DNA of 32,000 bases, taken from the NCBI RefSeq assembly GCF_036323395.1, contig NZ_AP028907.1:810001-842000 (forward strand), in the 5' to 3' direction. Under the pieces are notes generated by a model that worked only from the letters and a program-made list of their open reading frames with translations, was not told the DNA's origin and ran no database searches. Below, piece by piece: positions 27,224 through 32,000 of the stretch (position 1 is the first letter of the stretch; the number at the start of each line of letters is the position of its first letter). The stretch comes from Pyrodictium abyssi. Its GTDB lineage: Archaea > Thermoproteota > Thermoprotei_A > Sulfolobales > Pyrodictiaceae. A program made the translations under genes and the position numbers.

Positions 27224-27811
27224 ATGAGCGACAGTGTAGCTGCAAGAGAGCCTGTCAAGATAAACGAAGCTGTAGTCCAATGCCCCGTGTGCAAGAAGGC
27301 CACGCTAAAGATCGAAGACTATCTATACGATATGCCTGTAGTTGGTAAGGTTATCCTATCGTCTGGGAAGTGCAGTAGCTGTAACTACAAGTTTAACGAT
27401 GTTAGGCTGGCCGAGGCCCATGAACCTAGGAAGATAATACTACGTGTAGAGAAGCATGAGGATCTCAACGCGCTGGTAGTCCGCTCATCATCTGCGTCAA
27501 TACTTATACCAGAGTTTGAAATGAGCATGACACCTGGCCCTGCATCTGAAGGCTTCATAACTACTGTTGAGGGCGTTCTTGAAAGATTCCTAGAAGCCAT
27601 AGATGTTGCATGCGCTGACCCAGATACCGATAAGTCCGCATGCGAGAAGGCGAGAAGGACTATAGAAGAAGCTAAGGAGGGTAAACGAGAATTCACACTG
27701 GTAATTGTGGACCCAGAGGGTGTAAGCGCAATCGTATCAGATAAGGCTAAGACAGAGCCAGTTAGTAAGGAGGAGCTAGCGAGGCTCGGCTACATAGTAG
27801 CCGATAGCTAA
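27224..27811 (+). CDS. ZPR1-type zinc-finger protein
   Basis: CPVCKKATLKIEDYLYDMPVVGKVILSSGKCSSCNYKFNDVRL is ZPR1-like. The in-frame ATG at 27224 fits better than the track start at 27098. Confidence 0.8.
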   Translation: MSDSVAAREPVKINEAVVQCPVCKKATLKIEDYLYDMPVVGKVILSSGKCSSCNYKFNDVRLAEAHEPRKIILRVEKHEDLNALVVRSSSASILIPEFEMSMTPGPASEGFITTVEGVLERFLEAIDVACADPDTDKSACEKARRTIEEAKEGKREFTLVIVDPEGVSAIVSDKAKTEPVSKEELARLGYIVADS

Positions 27812-27840
27812 AACAAGAGAGCCGAAGGGGGTCCATCGCG

Positions 27841-28377
27841 CTACTCTACCTTAATCTTAAGACCGCCTTCTTCTTTTTCTTCCTTCTTCTCTTTCTCTAT
27901 CGTCACTTCTAGTACGCCATTTCTGTACTTAGCTTTTGCAGTTTCTGGTTTGATGCCTGGAGGCAGCTCTATCTCTTTGTAGTACTTCCTGTCTTTGTCT
28001 TCGGCCTTTATTACAAGTTTGCCGTCCTTCACTCTTACATCTATCTTGTCCTTCTCTATACCAGGTATTTCTGCTACCACTACTACCCTATCCTTCTCGT
28101 CGATTACATCAACTAGTGGCTCGAGCCTCTCCTCTATTATGGCTCTACGGCCACGCCTCTTGACGTTGCCAAACTCTTCTATGATAGGCTTGCCGTCCGG
28201 CCCTATTGTTATTCTTACGCCATAGACTATGGGGCCTTTGACTCCTCTCCCCTGGAGCTGCGTTGCTCTAGTCTCGAACTCCTCGAACATATTCATAGCT
28301 AGGCGCTCCATCTCTCTGATCATTTCCTCTATCTCGTCGAATATATCACTAAATCTACGCCGCCATATGAATGACAT
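27841..28377 (-). CDS. Hsp20/alpha-crystallin small heat-shock protein
   Basis: VVVAEIPGIEKDKIDVRVKDGKLVIKA and YRNGVLEVTI: alpha-crystallin domain. Confidence 0.93.
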   Translation of the reverse strand: MSFIWRRRFSDIFDEIEEMIREMERLAMNMFEEFETRATQLQGRGVKGPIVYGVRITIGPDGKPIIEEFGNVKRRGRRAIIEERLEPLVDVIDEKDRVVVVAEIPGIEKDKIDVRVKDGKLVIKAEDKDRKYYKEIELPPGIKPETAKAKYRNGVLEVTIEKEKKEEKEEGGLKIKVE

Positions 28378-28569
28378 AGCTCGGCCCCCACCGGTACATA
28401 GTTAGGTATGTACTCTTGTCCTATTAATACTCTTGGACATTCAGTAGCCATACATCACCGTTTACCCGGCTACCGTGCACTGCTTTAGACTACCGCCTAT
28501 AGAGCTGCATAAAAGTCCCCTTCATAGTGTCTAAACCATCTACACGGTATTGCACGTGGGGCGTCGCTA

Positions 28570-29925
28570 ATGCGCGCTAAGTACGATGTAGTTATAGCTG
28601 GCCTAGGTCCTGCTGGGAGTGTCGCCCTCTGGCATCTGGCGAAGAAGGGGTTTAGCGTAGCAGGCTTCGATATGAGGAAGCCAGAAGACGTATGGGGCAA
28701 GCCGTGCGGGGACGCTCTGGGCGCGCATCATCCGCGGGAGGCCGGGCTACCGGATCCGCCGAGCTATGTAGTGAAGAACAGAGTCACTGCTATAGACATA
28801 TATTCGCCCGGCGAGACGACGAGGTATCGGGTATACGGCGAAGGTTACATCATTGACAGAGCCCGTTTCGGCAAGTGGATCATCGACGAAGCCTCTTCTA
28901 GCGGCGCAGAGGCCTACTTTGGCGCAAGAGTCGTTGCCCCGATAATCAAGGACGGGAAAGTAGCCGGCGTACGGGTACAGCTTGGTGATCAGGTGAAAGA
29001 GGTCTACGCGGACGTAGTGATAGAAGCTACGGGGTTCTCACGGGCTATAAGAGCCCGGCTGCCCCGCGATTGGCCCATCTACGAGGACATACACCCCAGG
29101 GACATGAACATAGCCTACAGGGAGATCATAGAGTACGAAGACTACGAGGTCGAAGAGCCAAGCATCATAAGGATTTACCTAGACCAGACGGTTGCTCCAG
29201 GCGGGTACTGGTGGTACTTCCCAGAGTCGCGTCATAGCGTGAATGTCGGCCTAGGCGTACAGGGTGGCATGGGGCATCCAAACCCTATGACGTTGTACCG
29301 CGAGAAGCTGTTAAAGCATCCACTCATGCAGCATCCGTACCGCGTGGTAAAGGCTGCTGGTGCACCGCTGCCTACACGTCGTCCATCGAACACGCTCGTG
29401 GGGCCAGGTATATTGATTATTGGTGACGCGGGGTATACTGTAAACCCGGTACATGGAGGGGGCATGGGCTACGCATTTAGAGCGGCATACTATGCTGCAC
29501 TAGCTGTAGAGGAAGCATACAACCGCAACGACTTCAGCGAACAGGGGCTATGGGGGCTAAACACGCGCTACATGAGAGATATAGGTGGCAAGCAAGCAGC
29601 GCTTGACGTGTTTAGAAGGTTCCTGCAGAGGCTTAGTAATGATGAGATAAGGTTTGGGATGGAGAAGCGCCTAATACCTGAGCAAGACGTGTACTATACA
29701 AGCAGCAGGGGCGATCTAAATATATCAGTAGTAGAAAAGGCTATGATAGTTCTGCGCGGGCTACAGAGGCCTAGCCTGCTAGCTAAGCTAAAGCTGGTAG
29801 CAGACTATATGAAGCGTATAAAGCAGCTATATATGGAGTATCCGGAGGAGCCTGCCAGGCTAAGAGAGTGGATTAGAAGCGTGGATGCACTGATAAGCGA
29901 GTTCGAAGCGAAAATAGAGAAGTAG
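28570..29925 (+). CDS. Geranylgeranyl reductase family FAD-dependent oxidoreductase
   Basis: DVVIAGLGPAGSVALWHLAKKG dinucleotide fold; GGYWWYFPESRHSVNVGLGV; GDAGYTVNPVHGGGMGYA. Confidence 0.92.
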   Translation: MRAKYDVVIAGLGPAGSVALWHLAKKGFSVAGFDMRKPEDVWGKPCGDALGAHHPREAGLPDPPSYVVKNRVTAIDIYSPGETTRYRVYGEGYIIDRARFGKWIIDEASSSGAEAYFGARVVAPIIKDGKVAGVRVQLGDQVKEVYADVVIEATGFSRAIRARLPRDWPIYEDIHPRDMNIAYREIIEYEDYEVEEPSIIRIYLDQTVAPGGYWWYFPESRHSVNVGLGVQGGMGHPNPMTLYREKLLKHPLMQHPYRVVKAAGAPLPTRRPSNTLVGPGILIIGDAGYTVNPVHGGGMGYAFRAAYYAALAVEEAYNRNDFSEQGLWGLNTRYMRDIGGKQAALDVFRRFLQRLSNDEIRFGMEKRLIPEQDVYYTSSRGDLNISVVEKAMIVLRGLQRPSLLAKLKLVADYMKRIKQLYMEYPEEPARLREWIRSVDALISEFEAKIEK

Positions 29926-29995
29926 AACACTCTGTCTACTCCGACCACTATTCTGGGACTCTTATTCTAGCCATAGCTTTTCCACCAAACATACC

Positions 29996-30262
29996 ATGTT
30001 GCGGGTGCTGCTTATGTCTCTCCAATGGGATCCCAAGTGGGAAGAGGTAGTAATAGACGTGGAGGGTATACGCGTAAAGGCTCTCCAAGACCGTATCACA
30101 AAACTAATAGCGTGCCCGATATGCGGCGTCGGTGATAGAGCTTCATACTTCTTTAGCCCCCGTGATCTCATAAACCATCTCTTTGCACATACTTCAAGAG
30201 CCCAAAGGATCCAAGTCGTTGCGCCCACAACAGAACCCGAGGAGGAAGAGGAAGAGGAGTGA
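29996..30262 (+). CDS. Small zinc-finger protein with acidic tail (88 aa)
   Basis: CPICGVGDRASYFFSPRDLINHLFAH (C-x2-C ... H-x4-H) and EPEEEEEEE tail; overlaps the next start. Confidence 0.6.
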   Translation: MLRVLLMSLQWDPKWEEVVIDVEGIRVKALQDRITKLIACPICGVGDRASYFFSPRDLINHLFAHTSRAQRIQVVAPTTEPEEEEEEE

Positions 30263-31191
30263 CAATGTTTGTTCTCGACGTCTTTTCCTCCCCCACATTG
30301 GATATCATTAATGGTCGTCTATGCAGGGGCGGGCCCGCTTATTATGCCAGGCTGGCACTTTATGCTGTTGGTGCCTCGGACGCTAGAGTTAGGCTGCCGT
30401 ACGATACGTGTATAGACGTAGAGTGGTATCTTAGGACAGAATGGTGCTTGGAGGCCGACACGTTAGCTGCTATTCCGGAGTGCGCTACAGTATTCATGCT
30501 GGAGGAGAGAGATGCAGGCCGCCGGTTGAAGCCACTCAGCCTCCATAAGATAGGGCGTGAGCATCCAAAAGGCACCGCGGCACTCATATCACCTGTTCTC
30601 GCCGAACTCGACATTGATAATGCTGTTAGGCTGCTAAGCCATTACAGCCTAGCCGTTTTGGATGTTCAAGGATTTAGCCGTCTCTACTATGGTGGAGAAG
30701 TCGCAGTGTTTAGCGAGAACGTCCTAGCTCTTGTAGAGCGGGTTGGGGTAGCCGACAATTTCATAGCTATTAAAGCCAGTTTGGAGGATATACCGGATTT
30801 CATAGCCCTGGATAGGTTGCTTAGATACAGCTCTAGCTTAGGACATACCGCTATAATGGTTACTGCTGGGCCTAGAGGCGCACTTATACTGTATAGCGAC
30901 TATAGCTTCGTCATTAGGCCTCGGAGCGTGGATAGGGTTCCTACTGGCGCTGGGGACATGTTCTCGACACTAGTTCTCTATGGTGTTTGGAGAGGATATG
31001 GATTAGAACGCTCCACGCTGGGGGCCGCCGCAGCTGTGTCGTGTATACTGGAGAGGAGGGACGAGATAGCCTATGGAGGATACGGACTATGCAGAGACAG
31101 TTTTGAAGAAAGGTTCCACGCCAGTATATACCGGTTACCAGGCAGATGCTACAGCATTGACTGTGTCATCTCCGCTCTTGAGTATGGGTAG
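30259..31191 (+). CDS. PfkB/ribokinase-like carbohydrate kinase
   Basis: GGPAYYARLALYAVGA and C-terminal VDRVPTGAGDMFSTLVLYG. Confidence 0.85.
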   Translation: MTMFVLDVFSSPTLDIINGRLCRGGPAYYARLALYAVGASDARVRLPYDTCIDVEWYLRTEWCLEADTLAAIPECATVFMLEERDAGRRLKPLSLHKIGREHPKGTAALISPVLAELDIDNAVRLLSHYSLAVLDVQGFSRLYYGGEVAVFSENVLALVERVGVADNFIAIKASLEDIPDFIALDRLLRYSSSLGHTAIMVTAGPRGALILYSDYSFVIRPRSVDRVPTGAGDMFSTLVLYGVWRGYGLERSTLGAAAAVSCILERRDEIAYGGYGLCRDSFEERFHASIYRLPGRCYSIDCVISALEYG

Positions 31192-31500
31192 CCCGGAAGA
31201 CCTATCACTATTGTATCCAAGAAGCGAGAGCGCTACATCAACTATTTCTTCCACCTTTAGGACGCGGCCCTCTGCTATCTCCCTACCATTTATAACCAGC
31301 ACGGGTATACTGTACGGGGTAAACACACCTACATGGGATACATCCCAGTATACCGTGTTTGGTACCACGAGGGCTTCAATACCGTACTCTTCTCTTAGAA
31401 TCTTGGCCGCCTTGCGTGCATTTTCTATAAGCTCTTCTGTGGCTGCGTCAAAAGCCCCGTATATCACTATCTCTATGTCTGCTGTGAATACAGCCTCCAT
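31135..31500 (-). CDS. Hypothetical protein, possibly thioredoxin-like fold
   Basis: MEAVFTADIEIVIYGAF...VPNTVYWDVSHVGVFTPYSIPVLVINGREIAEGRVLKVEEIVDVAL. The track ORF extends to a TTG at 31581; ATG at 31500 is a plausible start. Confidence 0.6.
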   Translation of the reverse strand: MEAVFTADIEIVIYGAFDAATEELIENARKAAKILREEYGIEALVVPNTVYWDVSHVGVFTPYSIPVLVINGREIAEGRVLKVEEIVDVALSLLGYNSDRSSGLPILKSGDDTVNAVASAW

Positions 31501-31765
31501 CTCGAGTGGTATACCGGCTTCGTGGGCTGCTACGGCTACCCCGACGTCTGCTGCGGCAGACACGGAGAGACCCCGGCGCAACTATTCCAACCCCTGTGGG
31601 CCACTTAAGCCGCTACAGCCTGGTAACCCGGGCCCCACCCTACCATAGAGTATAGGCTGCTAACGGGACAGGATACGGCAGAAGGCATCATTCTAATCCG
31701 GTAGTACACTTTACGTGGAGTAACACCGAATAGAGTGTAGCGAGAAACAACTACTGGGGGTGTAC

Positions 31766-32000
31766 ATGCCTATGAGAATGACACCGCGTTCAAGCAGGGA
31801 CTATATTGATGAGAGGCTGATGCTGGCAGCTGAGCGGGCAGCAGAGATACTTGTAGAACACATGAACGAGTGGAAGGATACTATAGATGCCTACTGGCTT
31901 CTACGCCGCTACGAGGACGAGGTTGGAGTACCGGTTACCTACGACATCGTAGAGCAGGCCGTGGAGAAGGCTCGCCGGGTGCTAGAGGCTACGGGGCAGA
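31766..32000 (+). CDS. Hypothetical protein, truncated by the window edge (MPMRMTPRSSRDYIDERLMLAAERAAEILVEHMNEWKDTIDAYWLLRRYEDEVGVPVTYDIVEQ...)
   Basis: Open frame from ATG 31766 to the window end; protein-like helical composition; absent from the track because it has no stop. Confidence 0.55.
   Translation, partial: MPMRMTPRSSRDYIDERLMLAAERAAEILVEHMNEWKDTIDAYWLLRRYEDEVGVPVTYDIVEQAVEKARRVLEATGQ

Noticed and set aside
31073-31648. 191-aa plus-strand ORF
   Set aside because: Overlaps the kinase and the orphan minus-strand gene; Ser/Thr/Pro-rich composition typical of antisense frames.
1-32000. CRISPR arrays, transposons, integrases, toxin-antitoxin or restriction modules
   Set aside because: Looked for regularly spaced repeats, DDE/tyrosine/serine recombinase motifs and paired small toxin genes; none could be supported by reading.

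Overview
The window reads as ordinary, gene-dense hyperthermophilic crenarchaeal chromosome. It is probably a member of the Desulfurococcales/Pyrodictiaceae, inferred from protein content and not tested. Well-supported genes: PCNA, a DUF72 protein, an AbrB-ACT regulator, an Mrp/NBP35 ATPase, XPB helicase, Hjc, a PIN-ATPase-KH protein, a family B DNA polymerase (PolB1-like) with a long low-complexity N-terminal extension, tRNA-Arg(GCG), a MarC-family membrane protein, PEP synthase, a MoxR AAA+/VWA pair (RavA-ViaA-like), a TatD-like hydrolase, a SpoIIM-family protein, winged-helix and ribbon-helix-helix regulators, a ZPR1-type zinc-finger protein, Hsp20, a geranylgeranyl-reductase-family flavoprotein and a PfkB-like kinase. 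I saw no CRISPR array, transposase or integrase. The most interesting items are: (1) two good C/D-box sRNA candidates and one weaker one in intergenic DNA; (2) a ~480-nt non-coding stretch ahead of the MoxR/VWA operon, containing a perfect 11-bp-stem hairpin; (3) an AT-richer block with an HTH/PRT-like regulator, an orphan gene, XPB and an orphan beta-rich protein; (4) several small orphan Cys- or His-rich proteins; (5) PCNA-interaction-like peptides at the termini of PolB and Hjc. I found no strongly supported new defence-type system.
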